A DNA stretch of 64,000 nucleotides from positions 278,132,001 through 278,196,000 of the forward strand of contig NC_091286.1 of the NCBI RefSeq assembly GCF_032444005.1, in the 5' to 3' direction. The position numbers and the translations under genes were made by a program. Origin of the DNA: Ranitomeya imitator. Lineage: Eukaryota. Shown here one piece after another: positions 25,730-38,915 of the stretch. The notes under the pieces are model-generated. The model worked only from the letters and a program-made list of their open reading frames with translations, had not been told where the DNA came from and searched no databases. Within the stretch, counting starts at the first letter, position 1; the number at the start of each line of letters is the position of its first letter.

Positions 25730-26137
25730 ATAATACTATGGAGCATCTTATGGGGGCCATCAACCATAATGGAGCAGCATACGGGGCATATACTATGGAG
25801 CATGTTATGGGGGCCATGAACGATAATGGAGCAGCATATGAGGCATATACTATGGAGCATCTTATGGGGGTCATCAACCATAATGGAGCAGCATATGGGG
25901 CATATACTATGGAGCATCTCATGGGGGCCATCAACCATAATGGAGCAGCATATGAGGCATATACTATGGAGCATCTTATGGGGGCCATCAACATTTATGG
26001 AGCAGTATACAGGGCATATACTATGGAGCATCTTACGGGGGCCATCAACCATAATGGAGCAGCATATGAGGCATATACTATGGAGCATCTTATGGGGGCC
26101 ATCAACCATAATGGTGCAGCATATGAGGCATATACAC
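25730..26137. repeat. 57-bp minisatellite, about 7 copies
   Basis: TACTATGGAGCATCTTATGGGGGCCATCAACCATAATGGAGCAGCATATGAGGCATA units. Confidence 0.9.
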
Positions 26138-28387
26138 ATGACAAGATTAGGGTGCAGGATCGAAGCAACACATACCAGGAATAAATGGTATGTGTGAGAG
26201 CAGCTCACTCTGTAGTCTGGTCTGCAGCCACCGCTGGTTGTAGTCAGCTCAGGGTGCATCACTGCCTCATACCGTTCCATTGTCCGTTTTTCAATTAGTG
26301 CAGCCAGCTGGATAACAGGATGGGACATCGCAGCAAATACATTAGCACAGATATCTGAGATGTTGCATTACTATCTTTTGTCTTAAAGGATGATTGTGTC
26401 CTTACATTATACATTGTTATGCTGTGGTGTTATCTACTAAGTAACTCTCATTGTCTGGGGAACCCTATATGGTCATTACTGCTTGGACAATAATATACTA
26501 TTTTTTACATCCTATCTACCCACATATCTTTTTGATTTTTTTGATTCTCTGATTTGTATATTTATATCAATTGCTTTATCAGTCTATTGTGATGACAATT
26601 ACTGACTAATTTATATCTGACATTTAATTTTTTTTTTCCTTTTCCCTTCAATCATTTCCCTTGTGTGTTGTTTTTAGTTTGTATGGGTACCAGGGTGTAT
26701 TGGGACATTTTCTATTGATCTATTTTTAACTTCATTGTAGGGATTGTTAGGGACTCTAGGGTTAGCCGTCGATGAGTGGGGCACCTACCGCTGAAAATTA
26801 GGGTGTCTACCTCCACTGCCAGGCAGGTCTGTCTATAGGGACTATATAGGGCTCACCAGTTTTCCTGTATTGCAGGAATTTCCAGGGTCTTCAAGGGTGA
26901 GCCGTCGAGGAGTGGGGGCGCCTATCGCAGTAATTTAGGGTGCCAACCTCCACTGCCAGGTAGGGCTACGTATAGTGACCTTCTAGTATTTAACCCCTTT
27001 GCGACATGCGCCATACTAGTACTGCGCTGCCGGCACTGCATTTGTGCCAGCAGCAGTGCTAGTACGGCGCACAGATCACCGCGGTCTCCCGCTGAGCGCC
27101 GCGGCGATCCGGTGCAGGTGTCAGCTGTATATGACAGCTGACACACCGCAGCAATACCCACGATCGGCGCTAGCGCCGATCGCGGGCATTTAACCCCTCT
27201 GATGCCGCTGTCAGTAGTGACAGCGGCATAGAGGGGGATCGCACAGGGACGGGGGCTCCCTGCGCTCTCCCATTGGAGCAACGCGATGAGATCACGTTGC
27301 TCCGGTGATCCGGAAGGAGTCCCCGGATCCAAGATGGCCGCGGGACTCCTTCCGGGTCATGAAATAACCTGGCCACCTAAACTTGCCTGTCAGATCGCTG
27401 ATCTGACAGAGTGCTATGAACACTGTCAGATCAACGATCTGATCTAATACAGTGATGTCCCACCCTGGGACAATGGTAGAAAGTAAAAAAAAAAAAAAAA
27501 ATCCCCAAATAAAGAAAAAAAAACATTTTCCAGTAAATCCATTTATTTATGTAAATTAAAAAAAACAATAAAAGTACACATATTTGGTATCGCCGCATCC
27601 ATAACGACCCTCTGTATAAAACTTTCCCACTAGTTAACCCCTTCAGTGAACACCGCAAAAAAAAAACAAATAAAAAACAAGGCAAAAAACATTGCTTTAT
27701 TATCATACAGGCAAACAAAAAGTGGAATAACACACGATCAAAAAGACAGATATAAATAAACATGGTACCGCTGAAAACGTCATCTTATCCTGCAAAAAAA
27801 AAGCCGCTATACAGCATCATCAGCAGAAAAATAAAAAAGTTATAGCTCTCAGAATAAAGCGATGCAAAAACAATTATTTTTTTTATATTTTATAATTTTT
27901 ATTGTGTAAAAGAACCAAAACATAAAAAAAATTACATTAATGAGGTATCGCTGTAATCGTACTGACCTGAAGAATAAAGCTGCTTTATCAATTTTACCAC
28001 ACGTGGAACGGTATAAACGCCCCCCCTAAAAGAATTTCAAAAATTGCTGGTTTTTGTTCATTCTGCCTCACAAAAATCGGAATAAAAAGCGATCAAAAAA
28101 TGTCATCTGCCCAAATATGGTACCAATAAAAACGTCAACTCATCCCGCAAAAAACAAGATCTCACATGACTCTGTGGGCCAAAATATGGATAAATTATAG
28201 CTCTCAAAATGTGGTGATGCAAAAACTATTTTTTGCAATAAAAAGCGTCTTTTAGTGTGTGACAGCTGCCAACCCTAAAAATCCGCCAAAAAACCGCTAT
28301 AAAAGTAGATCAAACCCCCCTTCATCACCCCCTTAGTTAGGGAGAAATAATAAAATGTAAAAAAATGTATTTATTTCCATTTTCCCA

Positions 28388-28472
28388 TTAGGGTTAGGGT
28401 TAGGGCTAGGGTTAGGACTAGGGTTAGGGCTAGGGTTGGGGTTAGGGCTAGGGTTAGGGTTTGGGTTAGGGT
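28388..28472 (+). repeat. Interstitial telomere-like tract (TTAGGG/CTAGGG)n, about 14 units
   Basis: Directly visible hexamer run. Confidence 0.9.
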
Positions 28473-28479
28473 TTCAGTT

Positions 28480-30360
28480 AGAATTGGGGAGTTTCCACTG
28501 TTTCGGCACATCAGGGGCTCTCCAAACGCGACATGGCATCCGATCTCAATTCCAGCCAATTCTGCTTTGAAAAACTAAAACAGTGCTCCTTCCCTTCTGA
28601 GTTATCCTGTGTGCCCAAACAGTGGTTCCCTCCAACATATGGGGTATCAGCGTTCTCAGGACAAGTTGGACAACAACTTTTGGGGTCTAATTTGTCCTGT
28701 TACTCTTGGGAAAATAAAAACGTGGGGGCTAAAATATCATTTTCGTTGAAAAAAAATATTTTTTATTTTCACGGCTCTGCGTTATAAACTGTAGTGAAAC
28801 ACTTGTTGGTTCAAAGCTCTCACAACACATCTAGATAAGTTCCTTGGGGGGTCTAGTTTCCAATATGGGGTCATTTGTGGGGGGTTTCTACTGTTTAGGT
28901 ACATCAAGGGCTCTGCAAATGCAACATGACACCTGCAGACCAATCCATCTAAGTCTGCATTTCAAACAGCGCTCCTTCCCTTCCAAGCTCTGCCATGCAC
29001 TCAAACGGTGGTTCCCCCACATAAGGGGTATCAGCGTACTCAGGACAAATTGGACAATAACTTTTGTGGTCCAATTTCTCCTGTTACCCTTGGGAAAAAA
29101 AATTGTGGGCTAAAACATTTTGTGGAAAGAAAAAATTATTTTTTAATTTTCACAGCGCTACATTCTAAACTTTAGTGAAACAATTGGGGGTTAAAAGTTC
29201 TCACCACACATCTAGATAAGTTCCTTAGGGGGGTCTTCTTTCCAAAATTGGGTCACTTGTGGGGGTTTCCACTGTTAAGGCACGTCAGGGGCTCTCCAAA
29301 TGCGACATGGGTTCCGATCTCAATTCCAGCCAATTTTACATTGAAAAGTCAAACGGCACTCCTTCCCTTTCGAGCTCTGCCATGCACTCAAACAGTGGTT
29401 TATCCCCATATATATATCAGCGTAGTCAGGACAAATTGCACAACAACTTTTGGGGTCCAATTTATCCTGTTACCCTTGGGAAAATAAAAAATTTGGGGCA
29501 AAAAGATCATTTTTTGTGAAAATTAATATGAATTTTTTTTTACGGCTCTACATTATAAACTTCTGTGAAGCACTTGGAGGTTCAAAGTGCTGACCACACA
29601 TCTAGATTAGTTCCTTAGAGGGTCTACATTCCAAAATGGTGTCACTTGTGGGGGTTTCCACTGTTTAGGCACATCAGGGGCTCTCCGATCGCGACATGGG
29701 CTCCGATCTCAATTCCAGCCAATTTTACATTGAAAAGTCAAACGGCACTCCTTCCCTTTCGAGCTCTGCCATGCACTCAAACAGTGGTTTATCCCCATAT
29801 ATATATCAGCGTAGTCAGGACAAATTGCACAACAACTTTTGGGGTCCAATTTATCCTGTTACCCTTGGGAAAATAAAAAATTTGGGGCAAAAAGATCATT
29901 TTTTGTGAAAATTAATATGAATTTTTTTTTTACGGCTCTACATTATAAACTTCTGTGAAGCACTTGGAGGTTCAAAGTGCTGACCACACATCTAGATTAG
30001 TTCCTTAGAGGGTCTACATTCCAAAATGGTGTCACTTGTGGGGGTTTCCACTGTTTAGGCACATCAGGGGCTCTCCGATCGCGACATGGGCTCCGATCTC
30101 AATTCCAGCAAATCTTGCATTGAAAAGTCAAATGGCGCTCCTTCCCTTCCGAGCTCTGCCATGTACCCAAACAGTGGTTTACCCCCACATATGGGGTATC
30201 GGCGTACTCAGGACAAATTGTACAACGACTTTTGTGGTCCAATTTCTCCTGTTACCCTTGGTAAAATGAAACAAATTGGACCTGAAGTAAAAATTTTGTG
30301 AAAAAAAAGTTAAATGTTCAATTTTTTTAAAACATTCAAAATATTCCTGTGAAGCACCTG
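28480..30360. repeat. About 390-bp tandem repeat, about 5 units
   Basis: Homologous positions at about 28533, 28925, 29307, 29696, 30086; units starting 29307 and 29696 are near identical. Confidence 0.9.
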
Positions 30361-32544
30361 AAGGGTTAATAAACTTTTTGAATGTGGTTTTGAGTACCTT
30401 TAGGGGTGCAGTTTTTAGAATGCTGTCACTTTTGGGCATTTTCTGTCATATAGACCCCTCAAAGTCACTTCAAGTGTGAGGTGGTCCGTAAAAAAAATGG
30501 TTTTGAAAATTTTGTTGCAAAAATATTATAACTCCCTAACAAAAAAAGTTATGGTTCTAAAATTGTGCTGATGTAAAGCAGACATGTGGGAAATGTTGTT
30601 TATTAACTATATTATGTGATATAACTTTATAATTTAGGGGTATAAAAACTAAAAGTTTGAAAATTGCTAAATTTTCATAATTTTCGACAAATTTAATTTT
30701 TGTTTTTTTCACAAATAAATGCTAGTCATATCGAAGAAGTTTTAACACTATCATGAAGTACAATATGTCACGAGAAAACAATGTCAGAATCACCAGGATC
30801 CGTTGAAGCGTTTCAGAGTTATGACCTCATAAAGTCACAGTGGTCAGAATTGTAAAAATTGGCCCTGTCACTTAGGTGAAAACAGGCTTCGGGGTGAAGG
30901 GGTTAACAGGCACATATCTTGTTTTCCCAAATAATACGGTTTTAATGAAAATATAATTTTTTTAACCTATTCCAATTAAAAGCTATATTTTAGGGATCCT
31001 TGTTTCTTAAGGTCTTTTAGAGTGAGGTGAAACATATCTCTCCTATGTTTGTGTAAGCGCCCATGCTTTATTGTGTTACTGTCACATGAGCATGTGCACA
31101 GTCATGCATCGTCTTCGTCAGCCTAATAGAGTGCACTTGCGCGTCATTACATGAAGGGGTCCACGTTATCGTGCTAAATGCAGAAGAATACATAGTCCCA
31201 CACTGCTTTGACAGCACAGAGTTCCTGTGTGGCCTACATCATTATATCATGTGACTGGGACCAAAAACATCAATGGCGACATATGCACGGGTTAGCGTAC
31301 GTGGTAACCTCTAGTGTTTTACTGTGAAATCCGTCCCATTCTATTCAGACATGTGCAATACACTTGCTGGAGACAATGGTGATATATAGCACACTATGGT
31401 CTCCTCCATATATTTAGCTGTTAGCTACAATTTTTAATTTGGGAGTGATATTTGTATAGAATAACTGATAATTATGGGAGACCTGAAACCTGGCTACAGC
31501 ACATACTGGATGTAATTTTTGTGATGCCATACTATCCATTTAACGGAGGGGAAACGCATCAAGGCTACGTACACTGAAAGATGTAGAAGAATTAATTTAC
31601 TATTTAGATTTCTTGCTGGTTTATTTATGCCCTTGTATACTGGACTAGTTCATCTGGTGTGAGCTCCATATGAGAGGCCCTTAACCCCTTTACCCCCGAG
31701 GGTGCAGAGCGGTGAAAATAAAAAATCATATTTTCTTCCATAAAAATGATGTTTTAACCCCCAATTTTTTATTTCCCCGGTGAAGACAAAAAAAAAATCA
31801 TCAGCAAAGGTAATATGTCTGTTTTATGGAGTGTGATGTGCTGATTAAAAAAATATGCTTAGTTTTGCTCTATCACATAAAAAGATAGAAGTATTTTTGT
31901 TATTAGTTATTTCTGCATTTTCAATGTATGTCTTTTTTCCTATGTTATTCCCATTTCTTTGCTTGTCTTACTTAATTGTGAATTTTCTTACAGGGACAAC
32001 ATCAGTAAAGGTTTTAGTGAGATTTATTGGAAGGAGTATTGACAGTGCAATCAACCAATGACTGCTTCTCAGAAAGTCACATGTTATGGGGAGAAGCTGT
32101 TATGAGGCGGTAAGGTTTGAGTCAGTCAGAAAAGGATGGTGATGGCAGCAAGGACTGGTATGTGAGACTATGACAGGAGACAGGCCTCTATAGGGATCTG
32201 AGCCCTGCCACAGGGAGATAAAAGGGAAGGCAGCGGACAGCCACCATTGTGAGAGGATTTTCACTGCATTTCTGGGAGGGCAAGTCGCCTCAGAGGGAAG
32301 AAAACAGCTCAGCCACTGAGGTGTAACTGAGTGAGGGTCTCCACAGAGAAAGAACGTGAAAGCAGCCAATATCACACTGAGGAACTGCCTGTCTGCAAAT
32401 GTTCATCTGTAAGGAATAGGCTGACCCATTTACCTCACAACTGTATATAGTTATCTACCAAATTACCTCCAGTAAAATCAGCTCTAAATACAAGCTGCCT
32501 CTGTCATCTCTAGGGAAGTATCTACATATAGTCGTCGGCTCATC

Positions 32545-33440
32545 TCATTTTTTTTGAGTGTTCTCATGATTTGGAGAGAACCCAAAAATCATAGTGATGA
32601 CTGCTACTTTTGGTTTGTCAAACTGAAGGACTTTTCTACAAAGAAGAAACATAAAATTACCCTGAACTTGAATCTGCAATTAGGCCAGTTCCACATGATG
32701 GTACCTTGCCAGTTCCTGTACCACCGCTATCTGGATTGGATGAAAATGAAGTAGAATATGAAGACTATGGAGCTAAAGCTACTGGCGAAGACATGGAGAC
32801 CTCAAGTCCAGATGAGTGTGTACCTGATGGAGCAGCCGAGTAGCCAGAACGCTTTACACAACATGAATTAAATGATCTCAGCAGAGACTTTTCATTAACA
32901 AAAGATAAAGGTGAACTTCTTGCATCTAGGTTGAAACAGAAGAATCTTCTTCATGATGATGTCAAAGTGTGTTATTAACTGAAACAGAAGTAACACATTA
33001 ACACGATTTTTCACAGTTGATAGACCAGTGGTGTACTGTAACAATGTGAATGGCCTCTTTGAAGAACTGAATCAAGAGTATTTTGTTGCAGATTGGCAAT
33101 TGTTTATTGACTCATCCCAGAGAAGTGTGAAAGCAGTGTTGCTTCACAATGGAAATATGAAACCATCAATCCTATTGCTCACTCATGTCATCTAAAGGAA
33201 AGTTATGAAAATCTGTCGGTTGTTTTGGATGCTATACAGTATGAGCATCATCAATGGAATATCTATAAAGATTTGAAAGTGATTGGTGTGCTAATGGGAA
33301 TGCAAGGAGGTTTCACAAGATATTGTTCCTTCTTGTTTTTAATGGGACAGTAGAAATACAGTAGAGCATTATGCACTTTTTGCATTTACAGTTAGATTTC
33401 TTCCCTCAAAATCTTGAGGATGTAAGCGATGAACAAGTCC
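32545..33440 (+). pseudogene. Fossil DNA transposase, probably CMC/Chapaev3-like
   Basis: Fragmented motifs IWREPKNHSDDCYF, WQLFIDSS.RS.KAVLLHNGN, DLKVIG.LMGMQGGFT.YC, LDFFPQNL.DVSDE; many stops and frameshifts. Superfamily assignment from memory. Confidence 0.65.
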
Positions 33441-33622
33441 ATTAAAGTAGCTTGAAGTGGATACACTGACCAAAACAGCAGCCCATAATCTGTCTCCCCC
33501 ATATACCTCTTTTCCAGTTACAAAGGGGCGATGCCATACATAGCTAGAGAGTGTGCTACATAATAAGGGATGGTGCTATACATACCTAGAGACGATGCTA
33601 CATAATAAGACACAGTGCCATA

Positions 33623-36600
33623 TGCAGCGTCCCAGAGTCCTGGTCGTTGCAGTAATGTCATTCTTCCACCAGGTGGAGAGAAGTTACATCTGATGACACC
33701 AAAGGAGCTCACCCTGCCAGGTATCACAGCCGCACACACTTCACACGCCAGCCACCAGGGGGAGCTAAGGGTTCTATCTACTAGGCCACTCCTCACACTT
33801 GGGTAAAACTGGGGGTTTGGTTAGGAAGTGAGGCAGATCTGACTGGAGGGAGAAGGAGATAGTCAGGAGGAGAGGAGCAGACTGGGCTCGGCCCAGGAAG
33901 GAAAGAAGGAAACGGAGCTGCGCCTGTAACCCATGCGGCAGCCTCCTAAGAAAGGACAAGAAAGGAAGTGTGCCGTAGTGAGTGAGCACAGAAGTCGTAG
34001 CAACAGGAGTAAAACACCAGTGGGAGACCAGCTAGAAGCAGGCTGCCTCCCACTGAGCGCAGATCCGGTAGCCGGAACACCGAGGGAGTAATAGACTCTA
34101 CGTTTTACTTCAGAAACAGGCACGACAGTCGATTTCAAGTTGGCTGCCTGACCTAAGAACCTAAGCAGACAAGGTGGCAACGTGGAGGAGGGGCGACGCT
34201 AGGGTCTCTATAAAATAGCCTCAGGCCACCACCGTCATACGGGTTGGTCCTATCCATCTGGGGGACCGAGAGAAGAGTAACAAGAGTGAGGACCCTATGG
34301 GAGCTAATGCACGTAGGGACCTACTACGTTACTGTGCGCAAGGGGAAGGCTACTGATTTCTACCTGGATAAGGGGATTCTGGAATTGCCATCAGACCGGC
34401 CGGACTCTGCCTACCCTGTCATCCGGCACCCTGGACTGTGGATGCTGAAGCCTTCAGTAAAGGTAAAGAGACTGCACCCCTTGTGTCCTCGTTATTCACC
34501 ACGCCCTGCTCCATCCACCATCAACATCAACAATTCTGGGAAGCCCTAGGGATATACTTCACCCTTGGGAAGGTATACCATCTAGCTGCCATTCCATCAC
34601 CCCAGCGGGCCCCTAAGCAGCGTCGGTCACCCTGACCGAATACCACAGGTGGCATCACGAACACTACCATCATCTACAAACTATTTGAACTCTATTTAAG
34701 TTGGGCGCCCCTCATAGGGCCATGGTCCGGGTCGGGCCACCGTAACATCCCAGTTGAGGGAACTGAAGGACCCGGTACCGAGTACCCCATTGCCCTTACG
34801 TGGGGGTGCAGCACAAATCTTAGCGTCACGAACAGGATCCACTTAAGCCTGAGAGTTCGGGTCATGTGTGCTTTAGAACTGTGCCAGAATTGTTTTTGAA
34901 CTGTTTCTGCTGAAAGAACTGTGTATTGCCATTTACCACCAAAAATTCCTGCCAAAATTGCTGCCATTACAGCACCACGAGGAGCGCAGGAGAAGAAGAA
35001 GGGCATGCCATCGTGGGCGGATCCAGCATAGCGGCGCGAAAAATATGCCCGCCCTCTGCCAAGACTGTGATGTGAGGAAGGAGGAGGTGCCGAAAACCAA
35101 CATGGCAGAGGGAGGTGAGCGGACCCCGGAGCATCGGATGGAGCACGAGGACTCTCCCAGCCAGGGTCTGCAAGAACTGCACCCTTAACCGACGACAAAT
35201 CCGGACCTCCTGCAGAAGAAAGAACGCACCAGTCAGCTCGTGTGCCAGGAGCTGGAAGCTGTGGCCGGGTGGAAGAAGACTTTCGTCGGGAACCTTGCCA
35301 GACGTCTGTCGGCAGCCTTGTCTGGTCCGGAGCAAGAAAGAAGTTCCAGCACTCCAAAGCCAGAAAGCAAGGCCCTGCCGGAAAGCGAGACGCTGCAAAC
35401 AGAGATGACAACGCCGCAGCATGAGGCCCTGCAACCAGCGTTCCAGACCATAGCGGGGACAGAGCAGACCGGCGCCGGAGGGACCGCATCTGAAACAGGT
35501 ATGAGGAACGACCCTGCCCCGGTGACCGACACCACTCCAGCGACTGCTCATGCCATCGCTACTGACTCCGTTCCAGTGACTGATCTTGCAGCAGCCGCTA
35601 CCTTTGCTGCAGCAAATGCCCATGATATGACAATCCACGAATGACAAACCCACGGTGTCGATACAGCATCGGACGAGAGCCCGGATACAGACCTTCCCTG
35701 GCCAAAGAGTGTCCACTACCGACTGATGTCTTGTCACCTACTATAGAAGTAAACCTCGAAACCATGAAGCTGTACATAGTTAACTGTTTGTTTTCCTGCT
35801 CTTTGCTGCTTTAAACCCGTCCAGGGTTAATTCTTAAAGGGATCCCTTAATTTACCCGGGATCCCTATTTTGTTCCAGTTTTGCACAAGTTCATCATGGT
35901 TTTAAAAGAACATTGGAATCATGGACGGTGAATGGTTCCCAAACTGTCCTCTGTAAATAGTTCGCACCTTCTTAAGGGTGCTCTCTACTGGTTTTACAAG
36001 CAAGAAGACTTTGCGAAGAAACTGTTCCTGATGATGGCGTGAAAGTTTCTATAGTCTTAAAGTTTACAACTGACTTGTTGATTGTTTGCACTACCTCAGA
36101 AAAGACTAGTTTCTCTCTTAAAGGGAATGTTCCGTTGTTGCACATTAATAATGTTTACATAGTTGATAATATGCATCTAGATAGTGATATAATGTTAATG
36201 ACGTACTTTAGATAAAAGTAAGGTTTTAGGAAGAAAAATGCAGTAGACCCGTAGGGGTAGACAGATAGTCCTGCATGTAGAGAAGAAGAAGAATAAAGTA
36301 AAGGTTAAAAATTGCACGTTAATGGTTAATGATAGTATACCCTTAGAGGGTACTTGCACTTAGTAGATAGGATATCTGTATGGGTAATTGTATTTCATAG
36401 TGAGTTAGTAATTGTTCTCTTTTATAATATGCATAATGTGAATATGTTTTGTTTGCAATGTTCAAGTGTTCTCACCTCCCATAAAGGGAAGCACTGTTAA
36501 TTTATTTGTTTAAAGCATTCCAAAATTTTGCATGTCTTTTGCTAACCTGTAATTGTTGTGTTCTTTTCCCAGCCCGGGAGTGCTGGATTTATCGGGGAAG

Positions 36601-37822
36601 GGGGGGGGGGGGGGGGGGGGAGAAGTGCAGCGCCCCAGAGTCCTGGTCGTTGCAGTAATGTCATTCTTCCACCAGGGGGAGCGATGTTACGTCTGATGGC
36701 ACCAAAGGAGCTCACCCTGCCAGGTATCACAGCCACACACACACTTCACACGCCGGCCACCAGGGGGAGCTAAGGGTTCTATCTACTAGGCCACTCCTCA
36801 CACTTGGGTAAAACTGGGGGTTTGGTTAGGAAGTGAGGCAGATCTGACTGGAGGGAGAAGGAGATAGTCAGGAGGAGAGGAGAGGAGCAGACTGGGCTCA
36901 GCCCAGGAAGGAAAGAAGGACACAGAGCTGCGCCTGCAACCCGTGCGGCAGCCTCCTAAGAATGGACAAGAAAGGAAGTGTGCCGTAGTGAGTGAGCACA
37001 GAAGTCATAGAAACAGGAGTAAAACACCAGTGGGAGACCAGCTAGAAGCAGGCTGCCTCCCACTGAGCGCAGATCCGGTAGCCGGAACACCGAGGGAGTA
37101 ATAGACTCTACGCTTTACTTCAGAGACAGGCACGACAGTCGATTCCGAGTTGGCTGCCCAACCTAAGAACCTAAGCAGACAAGGTGGCAACGCAGAGGAG
37201 GGGCGACGCTAGGGTCTCTATAAAAAAGCCTCAGGCCACCACCGTCATACGGGTTGGTCCTATCCATCTGGGGGACCGAGAGAAGAGTAACAAGAGTGAG
37301 GACCCTATGGGAGCTAATGCACGTAGAGACCTACTACATTACTGTGCGCAAGGGGAAGGCTACTGATTTCTACGTGGATAAGGGGACTCTGGAATTGCCA
37401 TCAGACCGGCCGAACTCTGCCTACCCTGTCATCTGGCACCCTGGACTGTGCATGCTGAAGCCTTCAGTAAAGGTAAAGAGACTGCACCCCTTGTGTCCTC
37501 GATATTCACCGCACCCTGCACCATCCACCATCAACATCAACACTTCTGGGAAGCCCTGGGGATATACTTCACCTGTGGGAAGGTATACCATCTAGCTGCC
37601 ATTCCATCACCCCAGCGGACCCCTAAGCAGCGTCGGTCACCCTGACCGAATACCACAGGTGTCGTCACGAACACTACCATCATCTACAAACTATTTGAAC
37701 TCTATTTAATTTGGGCGCCCCTCATAGGGCCACGTCCGGGTCGGGCCACCGTGACATCCCAGTTGAGGGAACTGAAGGACCCGGTACCGAGTACCCCATT
37801 GCCCTTACATGGGGGCGCGGCA
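33623..37822 (+). mobile_element. Non-autonomous LTR retroelement (1.19-kb LTRs, 1.8-kb internal region, no pol)
   Basis: LTRs 33623-34813 and 36626-37822 (TG...CA); 4-bp TSD CATA; PBS at 34821-34838; G-rich PPT before 36626; only broken short ORFs internally. Confidence 0.9.
34821..34838 (+). promoter_or_regulatory. Primer-binding site complementary to tRNA-Ser(CGA) 3' end
   Basis: TAGCGTCACGAACAGGAT versus the recalled vertebrate tRNA-Ser(CGA) end ATCCTGTTCGTGACGCCA (17/18). Confidence 0.75.
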
Positions 37823-38915
37823 CATACATAACTAGAGAGGATGCTACATAATAAGGCCGTTACCATACAGAGCAAGGGAGGATGCTACATAATAAGGGAC
37901 GACACCATATATAGCTAGAGAGGATGCAACATTATAAAGGACGGTGCAATACATAGCTAGAGAGGATGCTACATCATAAGAAACAGCACCATACACAGCT
38001 AGAGAGGATGCTACGTAATAAAAGACAGAGCCATATATACAGTAGGTAGAGAGGATGCTACATAATAAGGGACGGTGCCATATATCCAAAAGACATACTG
38101 ATAGGGAATTTAGATTGGGGACAGCGATGATAATGTGTGCAAACTCTAAAGCGCTGTGGAATATGTTACCGCTATATAAAATTAAAGATTATTATTATAG
38201 CTAGAGAAGATGCTACATATTAAGGGACAGTGTCATACATAGCAAGAAAGGATGCTACATAATCAGGGACGGCGCCATACTTAGCAAGAGAGGATGTACA
38301 TAATAAGGGGCGGTGCCATACATAGCTAGAGAGGATACTACATAAGTGACGGTGCCATATATAGCTTGATAGGATGCTACATAATAACGGACGGTGCCAT
38401 ATATAGGTAGAGAGGATGCGACATAATAAAGGACGGTGCCATATATAGGTAGAGAGGATGCTACATAATAAAGGACGGTGCCATACATAGCTTGAGAGGA
38501 TGCTACATAACGGACGGTGCCATATATAGGTAGAAAGGATGCTACATAATAAGGGACAGTGCCATACATAGCTTGATAGGATGCTACATAATAACGGACG
38601 GTGCCATATATAGGTAGAAAGGATGCTACATAATAAAGGACGGTGCCATACATAGCTTGAGAGGATGCTACATAATAACGGACGGTGCCATATATAGGTA
38701 GAAAGGATGCTACATAATAAGGGATGGTGCCATATACTGTATACTCTAGGTAGAGAGGATGCTACATAATAAGGGATGGCACCATACATAGCTAGAGAGA
38801 TTACTACATAAAAAGAGACAGCACCATACAGAGCTATAGAGGATGCTACATAATAAGAGACAGCGCTATCTATAGCTAGAGAGGATGCTACATAATAAGG
38901 GACAATGCCGTACAT

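Larger units (their letters stand above)
24613..26137 (+). mobile_element. Non-autonomous Helitron (3' end missing), same family as 42335-45049
   Basis: A|TCTATAATATAACG.TGGGAGCGTCACT start shared with 42335; shared internal block GGACAGGTGA.TATAG...CCCAGCACTCGGCGC. Confidence 0.7.
26994..30902 (+). mobile_element. piggyBac-like non-autonomous element with internal ~390-bp repeats and telomeric tract
   Basis: TTAA|CCCCTT ... AAGGGG|TTAA; no transposase ORF; partial related copies at about 14100-14715, 23405-23845 and 31680-31790. Confidence 0.7.

Noticed and set aside
25450-26328. 292-aa and 148-aa repetitive ORFs
   Set aside because: Product of the 57-bp (19-codon) minisatellite inside a Helitron.
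34692-35737. 250-aa antisense ORFs in the LTR element
   Set aside because: GC-rich shadow frames with no domain signal.
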